Shown: positions 39,479-49,945, counted from the stretch's first letter. The stretch is 64,000 nucleotides of DNA from Planctomycetota bacterium (GCA_036153155.1 JAYZMM010000017.1:1292-65291), one strand, 5' to 3'. Program-made: numbers and translations. The notes: generated by a model not told the origin, from the sequence alone.

Positions 39479-40542
39479 GGCTTACTGAAATCCGCCGGTT
39501 GAAGATCTTTATTTGCCCAGTCTTCATCAGTTCGAAATCCGAAATCAGTCGGATCATACGGAGGCACAAGATCAGCGCGAATACCTTGGTCAGGAATCGA
39601 TTTTTCCAATCCACATGCCCAGAAAAGTCCTTGAATGATTAACCTCCGTAAACCTTCTGACAAAAAATCAGTAGATGATCCCATCGTAGTATTAAACACT
39701 CTTCCAGTGCTACTTTGTGATCCCGGAAGTTGGTAACTTTTTGTCCAAGCAATTGGCATCATTGGATTATTTTTTTTGCCTGCAAGGGGAGCATCGGTAG
39801 GTTTCATGCCAACCAGCACTTGCCCTAAAACAAGCGTTTGACTGTCACCCGGGAGTGGCAACCGAACTCCATATACGTCAGTCGGGCCCCAAATGTCGCC
39901 ATCATTAATTCCTCGAACAATCGGGTTTTGTCGTTCTCCCGGAGCAATCAGCCCGCGAGTGCTTTCCTTTCGATGATCACCGTGGTGGGAAATCCATTTC
40001 TCGCCCAAAATTGCGCGACCAAAACCGCCTCGCCAGAACTCTTTTTTCCCTTGATACCCGTTGCCATAATGAGCATACGGTTTGTTTCCCGGGATATTAA
40101 ATCCATGGGTTGCCGTTCGCATGCCGACGACCGGGCCACCACGATGTAGATAGCGATCGATTTCCTGCATTTGCTGTTTCGGAAGGTCGCGGAATCGAGT
40201 GGCGATGACCATCGCCTCAGCGTCCCGTAAATGATTCAGTCCGGGTATATTATGTCTAAAATTAGGATCAATTTTTTTCGTTTCCGGATGGATTGCGAAA
40301 AGCACAATACAGTCAAAACCATGCTGCTGGGCAAGAATTCTGGCTAACTGCGGCAGAACCTCCTCCGATCGATATTCTTCATCTCCTGATATCAACACTA
40401 TTTTTTTACCGGTTCCAGGTCGATCCTCGCACCCGCTCAGAGTAAGCATCTCAGCAGAATTCTCCGTCGCCTCCAAGAAATCGACCGCACCGGAGAACAC
40501 CCACAAACAACAAATCAAATATAAAATCTTTAAACGCATCAT
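39475..40542 (-). CDS. ThuA-like (class I glutamine amidotransferase-like fold) secreted protein
   Basis: Signal peptide MMRLKILYLICCLWVFSGA. The pattern KKIVLISGDEEYRSEE...VIATRFRDL...GGPVVGMRTATHGF resembles ThuA-domain proteins. Recognised by eye. Confidence 0.5.
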   Translation of the reverse strand: MMRLKILYLICCLWVFSGAVDFLEATENSAEMLTLSGCEDRPGTGKKIVLISGDEEYRSEEVLPQLARILAQQHGFDCIVLFAIHPETKKIDPNFRHNIPGLNHLRDAEAMVIATRFRDLPKQQMQEIDRYLHRGGPVVGMRTATHGFNIPGNKPYAHYGNGYQGKKEFWRGGFGRAILGEKWISHHGDHRKESTRGLIAPGERQNPIVRGINDGDIWGPTDVYGVRLPLPGDSQTLVLGQVLVGMKPTDAPLAGKKNNPMMPIAWTKSYQLPGSQSSTGRVFNTTMGSSTDFLSEGLRRLIIQGLFWACGLEKSIPDQGIRADLVPPYDPTDFGFRTDEDWANKDLQPADFSKP

Positions 40543-40586
40543 TAATCAAATCTTTCAATAAATGAAGCCACTAAACGATGTGTCGC

Positions 40587-42182
40587 TTATCTTCGCCAGG
40601 AAATCCATCGCGAAAGTAGCCATTTGATTCCCGGCGTCAATCGATTGCGATTGTATTGATCTCCGAGGCGACGGAATACTTCACTTTCTGTTGGATACGG
40701 AAATATTGTCCCGGCCATTCTTTTTAACCCGATGTTGTTTTTCATTGCGAGCGACACGAATCCGATGAGTTCACCCGCATGTTTCCCCACTATTGTGGCA
40801 CCAATGATTTTATCAGAGTGTGGGCGAACATATAACTTAACGAACCCCTCGGTTTCGCCATCAAGGATACAGCGATCAACTTCGCTGAAAGATTGCATAA
40901 ACGAATTAATTTTTATTCCGCGACTTGCCGCGGACCAGGGCTGTATACCGATCTGGGCGATTTCAGGTGCGGTGTAGGTGGACCAGGGAATCTGCAATCG
41001 GCTCGCCCGTCCCCGGAGCCCTAGAAGTGCGTTTCCTACAGCAATGCGCGCCAACGCATCTGCCGCGTGTGTAAATTTAAATTTGGAACAGACATCACCC
41101 GCCGCATAGATGCGACGGTTGGTGGTCTGCAAACGGTCATCAACATCGATACCCCGATCGTGATCATACTGCACCTGCGCTGCTTCTAGATTCAAGCCCT
41201 CAGTGTTTGGCTTCCGCCCCGTGGCAAGTAACACTCGATCGACATCAAAAGATAAATTTGCTGAGGATTGATAAGCAGAAATACGAACATTCTCAGGACG
41301 CTGCTGAACGCCTATATTTCTTCCCTCGCCCACAAGTTGCACACCATCCTTCTCAAGAGCCCTCGTTACAATTGCTGCCGCATCCGGGTCCTCCCGCGGG
41401 AGGATGCCTGTTTTTGAATGAAACAGTGTTACTTGTGAGCCAAACCGCGCAAAGGCTTGTGCGAGTTCACAACCGATCGGTCCTCCGCCGATGATCCCAA
41501 GCCGGGGGGGCATGGCGTCTAAGGAAAATACATTTTCACTTGTTAGTGCATTGACTGTTTCGACACCCGGAATCGGTGGAATACGGGGTTTGGCGCCCGT
41601 AGCAAGAATTGCACGTTTGAATCCAATCTGACTGCCATCGACCGAAACTGATCTGGGTCCGGTGAATTCAGCGCTGCCGAAAAATATATCGACCCCGAGA
41701 CGAGAGAATCGATCTACGGAATCATTCTCGCTTATTTCTGCGCGTAATCGCCTCATACGTTGCATCACAGCTGAAAAATTCACTTTTGGTGCCGAATCAC
41801 TTTGGACTCCATAATGTGCTGCATTAAAAAATGCAGCTGCGACCCGTGCGGATTGAAGCAATGCCTTAGAAGGGACACAACCGGTATTAAGGCAGTCTCC
41901 GCCCAGAGCATCGCGTTCGATCAACGCGACCCGTGCACCGAGACCAGCCGCGCCTGCTGCACTTACCAATCCCGCGGTTCCACCACCAATCACCACTAGA
42001 TCATAGGGTTGTAAGGGAAAGTCATTATTCCAGACGGTTGGTTTGACGTTACGAGCACGCAAATCTTCATCGGTTGCGATCAACGACGAATCGGAATTCT
42101 CCAAGGTGATGCTCCGTGCAGGGGAAACGAAAACAGGCGAAGTCCTATTTTCGGATCTCCTGTTCAAAAAGACAGGCTGCAA
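40587..42182 (-). CDS. FAD-dependent pyridine nucleotide-disulfide oxidoreductase (dihydrolipoamide dehydrogenase / mercuric reductase-like)
   Basis: YDLVVIGGGTAGLVSA, the redox-active GGDCLNTGCVPSK, a second Rossmann motif GIIGGGPIGCE, and a C-terminal dimerisation domain. The start is uncertain: the track start is TTG and there is a long N-terminal extension. Confidence 0.85.
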   Translation of the reverse strand: MQPVFLNRRSENRTSPVFVSPARSITLENSDSSLIATDEDLRARNVKPTVWNNDFPLQPYDLVVIGGGTAGLVSAAGAAGLGARVALIERDALGGDCLNTGCVPSKALLQSARVAAAFFNAAHYGVQSDSAPKVNFSAVMQRMRRLRAEISENDSVDRFSRLGVDIFFGSAEFTGPRSVSVDGSQIGFKRAILATGAKPRIPPIPGVETVNALTSENVFSLDAMPPRLGIIGGGPIGCELAQAFARFGSQVTLFHSKTGILPREDPDAAAIVTRALEKDGVQLVGEGRNIGVQQRPENVRISAYQSSANLSFDVDRVLLATGRKPNTEGLNLEAAQVQYDHDRGIDVDDRLQTTNRRIYAAGDVCSKFKFTHAADALARIAVGNALLGLRGRASRLQIPWSTYTAPEIAQIGIQPWSAASRGIKINSFMQSFSEVDRCILDGETEGFVKLYVRPHSDKIIGATIVGKHAGELIGFVSLAMKNNIGLKRMAGTIFPYPTESEVFRRLGDQYNRNRLTPGIKWLLSRWISWRR

Positions 42183-42318
42183 GGCAAGGGCGGACGAAAA
42201 TTACCCATAAAAACAACATAATTCCATCATTTTGCCACGTTTTCTCCTGCTGGACCAACCGTGTCCACCCGCTAGCGAAATTAAAGAACAGCAAACAAAA
42301 CCCAGGGAGAAACGAACA

Positions 42319-42948
42319 ATGCGAGCCACATTTTTAAACTACGACGAATCCAGAACCGAGTCCTCGTTGATTGAAGAGTTCTACGGGGGTGATGAAACCG
42401 CTTTTACGACTCTTGCCGAACGGTTGTATCCACAACTGAAAGGATTGGCCCTTAGCCGAATCCCGCGCAATGAAGTTGGTCGATATCAACTGGCAGAAGA
42501 TCTCGTGCAAGAAACATTGATGCGTGTGGCACGCACTAAAGATCGCAGTTTGACACGTTGGCAACCTGACAAGAGTTCGGTTTCCACCTGGGTCGGTACA
42601 ATTCTAAAAAATCTAATCTGTAGTCACCTCAGAACACAAAAAAATAGAATTCGCGTTACGAGCGACCTTTGGTCTGATTCCAAAGAGGTCGAAAACGATC
42701 GAATCGAAAACAGTTTGGTAGATTATCGCCGAGTCACTACACACCAACGGCCTAACGATGCTATTGAGCGAGACACATGGCGGCAAGCCATTGCTGCACT
42801 CCCTCAGAAATTTCATATCTTAATTAATTTGCAAATGGAAGGAAAAAGCCATCGAGAAATAGCCTCTTGTCTAGGAATCTCACGATCGACAGTAACTTAC
42901 CGAATCAGAAGCGCAACCAAGCTTCTCAGGAAAACGGCCGCCGCTTGA
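42319..42948 (+). CDS. ECF-type RNA polymerase sigma factor
   Basis: Region 2 (LAEDLVQETLMRV) and a region 4 HTH (SHREIASCLGISRSTVTYRIRSA). I chose the ATG at 42319 with GGGAGA 8 nt upstream; the track start at 42232 is TTG. Confidence 0.8.
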   Translation: MRATFLNYDESRTESSLIEEFYGGDETAFTTLAERLYPQLKGLALSRIPRNEVGRYQLAEDLVQETLMRVARTKDRSLTRWQPDKSSVSTWVGTILKNLICSHLRTQKNRIRVTSDLWSDSKEVENDRIENSLVDYRRVTTHQRPNDAIERDTWRQAIAALPQKFHILINLQMEGKSHREIASCLGISRSTVTYRIRSATKLLRKTAAA

Positions 42949-43035
42949 ACACTTGAATTCGTACCAATTCCTTTTTGAGTAAAAACAATTTAAAATTCGG
43001 TGTTTTGTGAATTGCTCACTTAGAAAGGATGATCG

Positions 43036-44085
43036 ATGGCCCCATCCATGCAACGGGGAAAACAAACAGCCCGCCAGTTTAAGGTTTTGGAGCTACTCGA
43101 AAATTCGCGGTTTGGAATGACAACTCGAGAAATTCGAGACGAGGTGGTTGAATCCCTAGGACTCTCATCGCTCCACGAAAAAACTATTAAGAGGGATTTG
43201 GAGCATTGGCGACAGTTGGGCTATCCCATTGAGCAGCATGACACGGCAAATCCGGACCGCCCTAAAATCTGGATATTGGACAAAACCCGACGAAAGATTC
43301 CCCGGCTACCGATCGGTGTTGTTGAGTTGCTGGCGTTCTCCGCAGGAAGGGAACTTCTTTATCCGCTGGCTGGGACACCTTACTGGGATGGAATTCAACG
43401 TCTTTGGGAACGGATGCGCGATAGTACGTCTCCGGAAGTGCTTGCACATTTGGACCGGCAGCGGGCCGGATTAATTGTCCGTGGCCGTGGGCCGGGCAAC
43501 TACGCCAAAAAAGAGGGAATCCTCTCTTCGCTTAATCGAGCCACCTTTGAACATCGCTTGATCAAGATTCGTTACCAAGGGCTTGGGAAAAATGGTGCCC
43601 GCAATCGGATTATAGCCCCCCATGCGATTTGCCTCTTCGACGGAAGCATTTATATTTTGGCCGCCGATGTACCATCCACCAATGATCAACTCCATCCGAA
43701 AGGCCCTATCAAGTCGTTCAGATTGGATCGTATCACAGCAGTTTCTTTTATTGATCGTCGATTCGTACCTCAGCGAGATTTTGATCCTGATGCGCATTTT
43801 GATAACAGTATTGGTATTTTTCGAAACAATAAGCCGAAAAAGTTCCGCATTCGCATAATACGCCAGTTTGCCGAACTGGCGGCAGAAATTTTAAAACACC
43901 CAAAACAACGAATCCGTGAACAAAAAGATCAATCAGTGATAATTGAAATTGAAGAGGCCTACGAAGAAGAAATACTTCCACGGGTGCTGTCGCTCGGTGA
44001 ACATGCCGAAATTTTATCTCCTAAATCCTGCCGAGAAAAAATGGTTAAAACGGCAAAAATGTTGCTTGAAAAATACCGCAACTAG
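43036..44085 (+). CDS. HTH-WYL-WCX transcriptional regulator (WYL domain protein)
   Basis: N-terminal wHTH (FKVLELLENSRFGMTTREI), a central WYL-type domain (IKIRYQGLGKNGARNRIIAPHAICLFDGSIYILAAD) and a C-terminal extension ending in GEHAEILSP. Confidence 0.8.
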   Translation: MAPSMQRGKQTARQFKVLELLENSRFGMTTREIRDEVVESLGLSSLHEKTIKRDLEHWRQLGYPIEQHDTANPDRPKIWILDKTRRKIPRLPIGVVELLAFSAGRELLYPLAGTPYWDGIQRLWERMRDSTSPEVLAHLDRQRAGLIVRGRGPGNYAKKEGILSSLNRATFEHRLIKIRYQGLGKNGARNRIIAPHAICLFDGSIYILAADVPSTNDQLHPKGPIKSFRLDRITAVSFIDRRFVPQRDFDPDAHFDNSIGIFRNNKPKKFRIRIIRQFAELAAEILKHPKQRIREQKDQSVIIEIEEAYEEEILPRVLSLGEHAEILSPKSCREKMVKTAKMLLEKYRN

Positions 44086-44205
44086 TCGGTGAGTATTTTT
44101 GAATGAAGATACCAAAAACGCTTGTCTTATCGTTCTAGATGCTTACGGATATACTGAGTCAGATCCGTTACTTTGCAGTCATTATCATGAGCTCTTATTA
44201 ATATC

Positions 44206-46245
44206 ATGCCAATTAATGTACTACGCTTCGGTCTTCTCTTGACATTATCTGCAAGCAGCATATCGTTTTTTCCAGCCACAATGGACGCGCAAGAAAATAC
44301 GTTGCGCCAATCGAAAAGTATCGAATCAATCTCACTAGAGAAAATAAACGGCGAAAGGCTGAGTGTCGGATCCTTATCAGATAAACCTTATCTGGCGATC
44401 ATATTTTTAGGCACCGAATGTCCACTAGTGAAAATCTATTTGCCGCAACTCGGCATGATTTCAGAAAGGTTTCAGGACTTCGCCGACGTCATTGGAATAA
44501 ATTCAAACAGTCAGGATACGCGGAAAGAGGTCAATGCATTCGTTAAGAGCAACAAGATTTCTTTTCCTGTTTACAAAGATCCAGGAGGTCAACTTGCGAC
44601 AGCATTGGGGGCAAGACGGACTCCCGAAGCTTTGGTCATCAATCGGCAAGGTGACGTGCTTTATCGGGGCCGCATTGACGATCAATATGGGGTTGGTTAT
44701 GCCCGTGATGCCCCTGGAAAGGAGTATCTGAAGGAGGCACTCGAGCAACTTCGACAGGGTCAACCGATCAGTATTTCACGTACGGAAGCTGTGGGATGTT
44801 TTATTGGCAAAAATCAGTCTTCACCAAAACGATCAGGAACTGTGACTTATCAGAATCGCATCGCGGCGATGATGGAAAAGCATTGCATTGAATGTCATCG
44901 AGAAGGAGAAATCGGTCCTTTTTCCTTAACCAATTATGATGACGTTGCTGCATGGTCTGAGACTATCGGAGAGGTAATTGAACAAGGCCGCATGCCTCCA
45001 TGGCATGCGAATCCAGCGCATGGATCCTTCTCGAACGCGAGGCAGATGAATTCCGAGGAACGCGAATTGATTGCCCGGTGGATCGAAGATGGATGCCCCC
45101 AGGGAACAGAGACGTTTATGCCGGCAGAGCGATCATCCGTTTCGGGATGGCAACTTGATACTCCGCCTGAGTTGATTCTTCCGATGCGGGAAACTCCGTT
45201 CCAGGTACCGGCAGATGGTACGGTCGAATATCAATATTTTGTAGTGGACCCGAAATTTACTGAAGATCGCTGGGTAACCGCTGCAGAGGTTGTGCCTGGA
45301 AATCGGAGCGTTGTGCATCACGCGATCGTGTTCATTAGCGCTCCCGGACAGCAGAATGCTGACAACTACGGTTGGCTCGCTGCTTATGTTCCGGGACAGC
45401 GTCTCACAGCTTTAAAACCAGGACAGGCTCGCAGAATACCGGCGGGAAGCCGGTTCATTTTTCAAATGCACTACACTCCTAATGGGTCGATTCAGGAAGA
45501 TCAGACAAAAATTGGACTTGTTTTTACGAGTCCCGACAAAGTGGATGAAGAGGTGATGACACTCATTTCTGCAAACCGTCACTTTAAAATACCACCTGGC
45601 GCTTCGAATTATCGCGTTGACTCAACACTAACCGAGTTTCCGGAGAATGCAAAACTTACTGCTCTTACTCCCCATATGCATTTACGAGGTAAATCGTTTC
45701 GAATCACAGAGCACGATCAGGCAGACCACAAAACTATTCTTTTGGATGTCCCCCAATACGATTTCAATTGGCAACATGTTTACCGGCTTGCCGAACCTTT
45801 ACCCCTAAACAAAGTAAAACAGATCGAATGTACCGCACATTTTGACAACTCACTAGGCAATATTGTTAACCCGGATGCAACTTCGACGGTACGCTGGGGT
45901 GATCAAAGCTGGGAGGAGATGATGATTGCCTTCTTTGAAGTATCAGTGCCACGTAGTCACAGTGAATTAAAAAAAGAAAATGAAGCGGAGGCGGATAAAA
46001 GAAATCAACGCACTCGAGCAAATAATTTGGCCATGGAATGGATGAATAAATGGGATCGCAACGGCGACTCTCAGGTACAACGCAATGAAGTTAGTGAATC
46101 GTTCCGGCGATTTGCCTTTGCGATAATTGATCGCAATCAAGACCAACAGATTAGTCTAAAAGAAACTGAAACATATATTTCTGAATCGCTCACAGAAGAA
46201 AAACAACAAGAAGATCTGCGCAGACTGCTAGATCAGCTGAAATAA
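44206..46245 (+). CDS. Secreted multidomain redox protein: thioredoxin/redoxin-like + c-type heme (CxxCH) + PHM/DBH-like copper monooxygenase + two EF-hands
   Basis: Signal peptide, then a redoxin-like region (AIIFLGTECPLVKIY...RRTPEALVI). CIECH lies at res 227-231 in a planctomycete-cytochrome-like context. Cu-ligand pattern: HH (371-372), H (422), HMH (490-492) and M (572/573). EF loops: DRNGDSQVQRNE and DRNQDQQISLKE. Confidence 0.75.
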   Translation: MPINVLRFGLLLTLSASSISFFPATMDAQENTLRQSKSIESISLEKINGERLSVGSLSDKPYLAIIFLGTECPLVKIYLPQLGMISERFQDFADVIGINSNSQDTRKEVNAFVKSNKISFPVYKDPGGQLATALGARRTPEALVINRQGDVLYRGRIDDQYGVGYARDAPGKEYLKEALEQLRQGQPISISRTEAVGCFIGKNQSSPKRSGTVTYQNRIAAMMEKHCIECHREGEIGPFSLTNYDDVAAWSETIGEVIEQGRMPPWHANPAHGSFSNARQMNSEERELIARWIEDGCPQGTETFMPAERSSVSGWQLDTPPELILPMRETPFQVPADGTVEYQYFVVDPKFTEDRWVTAAEVVPGNRSVVHHAIVFISAPGQQNADNYGWLAAYVPGQRLTALKPGQARRIPAGSRFIFQMHYTPNGSIQEDQTKIGLVFTSPDKVDEEVMTLISANRHFKIPPGASNYRVDSTLTEFPENAKLTALTPHMHLRGKSFRITEHDQADHKTILLDVPQYDFNWQHVYRLAEPLPLNKVKQIECTAHFDNSLGNIVNPDATSTVRWGDQSWEEMMIAFFEVSVPRSHSELKKENEAEADKRNQRTRANNLAMEWMNKWDRNGDSQVQRNEVSESFRRFAFAIIDRNQDQQISLKETETYISESLTEEKQQEDLRRLLDQLK

Positions 46246-46328
46246 ATATTTTTCACATCTTTTACGTTAAGCAGGTTTTCCTGATCCGTGGCGCGGACGA
46301 GTCTCGCCATGGTGCTTTTTAGATCATC

Positions 46329-48614
46329 GTGCAATTAGTAACACGTTACGCCGATTGGGTCATCAAGCACCCCAAATTTATTTGGGGTATCATTCTGGCC
46401 ATCAGTTTTCTTGCACTTTTGCCAAGCCTTTGGCCCCAGCCCGGCGCCGCGCATATTCCACTGCAAGACCTTGAAATTACAAAAGCGTCAACTAGCGATG
46501 AAATGTTTCGGCCTGACAGGGCCGATAGTTTTCTGGTAATCCAGTCTTCGGATTTATTCGCGCCCTCTAGCATTCAGGCTCTACGAAGCCTTGTCTCCAG
46601 TATTGAAAAGTTACCTTACGTTCAGAGTGTGTTCTGGATCGAAGATATCCCCCCCCTCAATATTTTTGGCCTGTCACCCGCTTGGCTGCCTGACGATACA
46701 GCAGAGTTATATGAATACGATGAGGCCAAAGAACGTATTCTTAAGCACCCTCTAGTATACGGTCAGCTAATCTCTCCTGATGCGACGACTCTATTGCTAC
46801 CTGTACGTTATGACTGGATGGGAATTCAGCAAGATGAAGACTGCACTGTCAATTTATTAGCCGCCTGTCAGTCCGCAGTGGATGCATTTCCGGCAGAATT
46901 CGAAATCGGAATCACCGGACGGGTCCCACTTTATCTGGCTGCTCAAAAGGCATTCCGTGACAATCATCGTAAATTCCAAATCATCAGCTATATCTTGGTT
47001 TTCTTTATCGCGACCGCACTATTTCGTGATGTCGGTACCATCATGATTGTTGGTGCCGTACCCGCGATAAGTATGTTTTGGACTTCAGGCGCATTAGATT
47101 GGCTATCGATACAGGGTAATGATTTAACTTCTGTTGTACTCCCAGTGTTGATCACCATGGTTGGATTGACTGATGGTGTCCATCTAATGGTGGTCTTTCG
47201 CAAACATTGGACGAGTGGCCAAAATCGCTTCGAGGCGTTGCATAAAGCTATAGGGGCGGTCGGCGTAGCGTGCTTGTTAACTTCGATTACTACCGCTGTC
47301 GGATTCGGCTCTTTACTACTTGCACGTTCCACACCAATTCGAGATTTCGGAATTGCCTGCAGCGTGGGTGTTTTAGTGACATTTGTCGCTGTGTTGACGA
47401 TCATCCCTGCCCTCGCAATATCTCATCTTGGAAAATTGGTTGGTCATGAGAAATCCAATCACCGTCCGTTTGAACTTACAAAATTGGATCAATTATTAAA
47501 TTTTATTTTGCGGCGCTATCGATCAATCAGTATCCTTGGTGCACTGTTAACCATTCTTTGTATCGGTGTTTCCTTATCCCTAAAGCCGGATGCCCGCACG
47601 ATTAATGCTCTTCCGGCAGACAGTCCTGCCACTCGTGCCTTGAAACATTGCAATGAATCGATGGGTGGAATCGATTTTGTGAAAGTCACCGGTGAATTTA
47701 CAAACTCTGGTACACAGACCGATGTTTATTTCCTCGAGGTCATTAATGAAATTAATGATTTTATATCACGTGAGTCGCTTCTTCGTCATCCATTGTCGAT
47801 TCAGACTTTATTAGATTCGCTTGAAAGAAAACCATCGACTAATTCAATGGATTACGTTGAATTGCTGTCACCTGGTATTCGCAATGTTTTGCTGAGCCAG
47901 TCTCGTGATCAGATCCAGATCTATATCCGTACCCAGGATCTCGGCGCCGCGATCTATACCCCGATTTTCGCAAGACTCAACGAGAAACTTCAAAACCTGG
48001 AAGATACATATTCAGGGCTGGAACTCAAGTTGAGCGGGATTCCAGTAAAATCATCGCGAGATGTTTCACTCATTGTCTATGACTTAGTTGCCAGTCTGGG
48101 GACGGCATCGATCATCATTCTTATTGTGATGATCATCTTTTATCGATCGTGGAGAATCGGTTTGGTAACCATTATCCCAAATCTTTTTCCTCTTGCATTG
48201 ACCGGAGCCCTTCTTGTTGCGACAGACCAAAATTTAGCAATTGTTAGCGTATGTGCCCTCGCGGTTTGTATAGGAATTGCGGTGGATGATTCGATTCATT
48301 TTTTAACACGTTTCCGGCAGGAACTGGAAAAAGGACTTGATGTCGAATCTGCAATTCGCTCGACATTTTTCGGTGTTGGCGGCGCGTTAGTGATTACCAC
48401 CCTCATCCTAATTTCAGGATTCGCAACGGTGCTTATTAGCCCGTTACCAACTCACCGAATGTTCTCAATGATGGCATGTGCGACGATAGGCGGTGCGCTT
48501 GTCGGCGACCTGTTATTTCTTCCCGCACTCCTGAAATGGTTGATCCGTCAACCTTCAGATATCCTTCGTATCCCGACGTTGCAGGGAGAAGATCGGAATC
48601 GATATCCTGATTAA
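46329..48614 (+). CDS. MMPL/RND-superfamily membrane transporter (HpnN-like exporter)
   Basis: 761 aa with two 5-6-TM bundles, each following a large soluble loop. It also has the motifs GLTDGVHLM and GIAVDDSIHF. GTG start. Confidence 0.8.
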   Translation: MQLVTRYADWVIKHPKFIWGIILAISFLALLPSLWPQPGAAHIPLQDLEITKASTSDEMFRPDRADSFLVIQSSDLFAPSSIQALRSLVSSIEKLPYVQSVFWIEDIPPLNIFGLSPAWLPDDTAELYEYDEAKERILKHPLVYGQLISPDATTLLLPVRYDWMGIQQDEDCTVNLLAACQSAVDAFPAEFEIGITGRVPLYLAAQKAFRDNHRKFQIISYILVFFIATALFRDVGTIMIVGAVPAISMFWTSGALDWLSIQGNDLTSVVLPVLITMVGLTDGVHLMVVFRKHWTSGQNRFEALHKAIGAVGVACLLTSITTAVGFGSLLLARSTPIRDFGIACSVGVLVTFVAVLTIIPALAISHLGKLVGHEKSNHRPFELTKLDQLLNFILRRYRSISILGALLTILCIGVSLSLKPDARTINALPADSPATRALKHCNESMGGIDFVKVTGEFTNSGTQTDVYFLEVINEINDFISRESLLRHPLSIQTLLDSLERKPSTNSMDYVELLSPGIRNVLLSQSRDQIQIYIRTQDLGAAIYTPIFARLNEKLQNLEDTYSGLELKLSGIPVKSSRDVSLIVYDLVASLGTASIIILIVMIIFYRSWRIGLVTIIPNLFPLALTGALLVATDQNLAIVSVCALAVCIGIAVDDSIHFLTRFRQELEKGLDVESAIRSTFFGVGGALVITTLILISGFATVLISPLPTHRMFSMMACATIGGALVGDLLFLPALLKWLIRQPSDILRIPTLQGEDRNRYPD

Positions 48615-48622
48615 CCCCCAGG

Positions 48623-49945
48623 TTAATCCATCGATGCATGCACTGTTGGACGACCAATTGAATAGTATGTGAATCCGGCAGATTGCATCTGTTCCCCATT
48701 AAAAATATTCCGACCGTCAAACACCACTGGCTGCTTCATTCTAGACTTCATTTCTGCATAATCAGGCGTCCGAAACTCACCCCATTCAGTCATAATTGCA
48801 ACCGCATCAACACCATTCAGTGCATCCAGTTGGCGGTCACAATAAGTCAAGCGATCACCATATTTCTCACAAACATTACTCATTGCTTCGGGGTCATGGA
48901 CGCATAATTCACAACCCGCTTCCAATAAACGATCGATAAGCACCAGCGCCGGTGCTTCTCGAATATCATCCGTTTTTGGTTTGAAGGCCAATCCCCAAAC
49001 ACCTATCTTTTTTCCATTCAGATCATTATCAAAATGTTGTTTGATGAGCCCCGGCACCAATTCTTTCTGTACGGTATTCACCCGGTCTACTGCCTGTAAT
49101 ATTTGAGCATCGATATTTTGACTTTTTGCTAAATAATCCAGCGCCCGCACATCTTTTGGAAAACAACTTCCTCCGTAACCCACACCCGGAAAAAGGAATG
49201 CAAAACCAATCCGACTATCGTGCCCGATTCCTCTGCGAACATCATCAATATTTGCGTCCATGGCCGAACAGATCCCCGACATTTCATTGATGAAACTAAT
49301 TTTTGTGGCTAGCAGAGCATTCGCCACATATTTTGTCATTTCTGCGCTTTCAGGCGACATTGTGAGAAAAGGTTTTTCAGTGCGAAGAAACGGCGCATAA
49401 AGGCGTCTGAGTATTTCTCCATCCTCCGCGCTTCGAACCCCGACAACTACCCGATCAGGTTTCATAAAGTCATCAATGGCCGCACCTTCTTTTAAAAACT
49501 CTGGGTTGCTTGCGACCCGACAATCGCGACCTGTATTTTGTTTGAGTCGTGAAAGAATTTGAGCGTTTGTACCAACCGGAACAGTGCTCTTGGTAACCGT
49601 AATTGCATTTTCATTGAGATATGGTGCAATGGAATCCACAACGGCCCATAGGGCAGTAAGGTCTGCCGCACCGGATTCAGACATTGGCGTCCCCACCGCA
49701 AGATAAACCAACTGGGCCGGAGGAACAGCGACAGAAACAGCCGTTGTAAACTGGAGTCGCCCAGAGGCGATATTTCGCTCGATTAATTCGCCCAGCCCTG
49801 GCTCGTAAATCGGAACTTCGCCGTTGCGCAAACGTTCAATTTTTGTCTGGTCAATGTCGACACATACGACATCGTTGCCGCTCTCAGCAAAACAGGTCCC
49901 TGTCACCAAGCCAACATATCCAGTTCCGATGACGGCAATTTTCAT
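48623..49945 (-). CDS. ugd: UDP-glucose 6-dehydrogenase
   Basis: [21 protein letters not shown], and [10 protein letters not shown] containing the catalytic Cys. Confidence 0.93.
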   Translation of the reverse strand: MKIAVIGTGYVGLVTGTCFAESGNDVVCVDIDQTKIERLRNGEVPIYEPGLGELIERNIASGRLQFTTAVSVAVPPAQLVYLAVGTPMSESGAADLTALWAVVDSIAPYLNENAITVTKSTVPVGTNAQILSRLKQNTGRDCRVASNPEFLKEGAAIDDFMKPDRVVVGVRSAEDGEILRRLYAPFLRTEKPFLTMSPESAEMTKYVANALLATKISFINEMSGICSAMDANIDDVRRGIGHDSRIGFAFLFPGVGYGGSCFPKDVRALDYLAKSQNIDAQILQAVDRVNTVQKELVPGLIKQHFDNDLNGKKIGVWGLAFKPKTDDIREAPALVLIDRLLEAGCELCVHDPEAMSNVCEKYGDRLTYCDRQLDALNGVDAVAIMTEWGEFRTPDYAEMKSRMKQPVVFDGRNIFNGEQMQSAGFTYYSIGRPTVHASMD

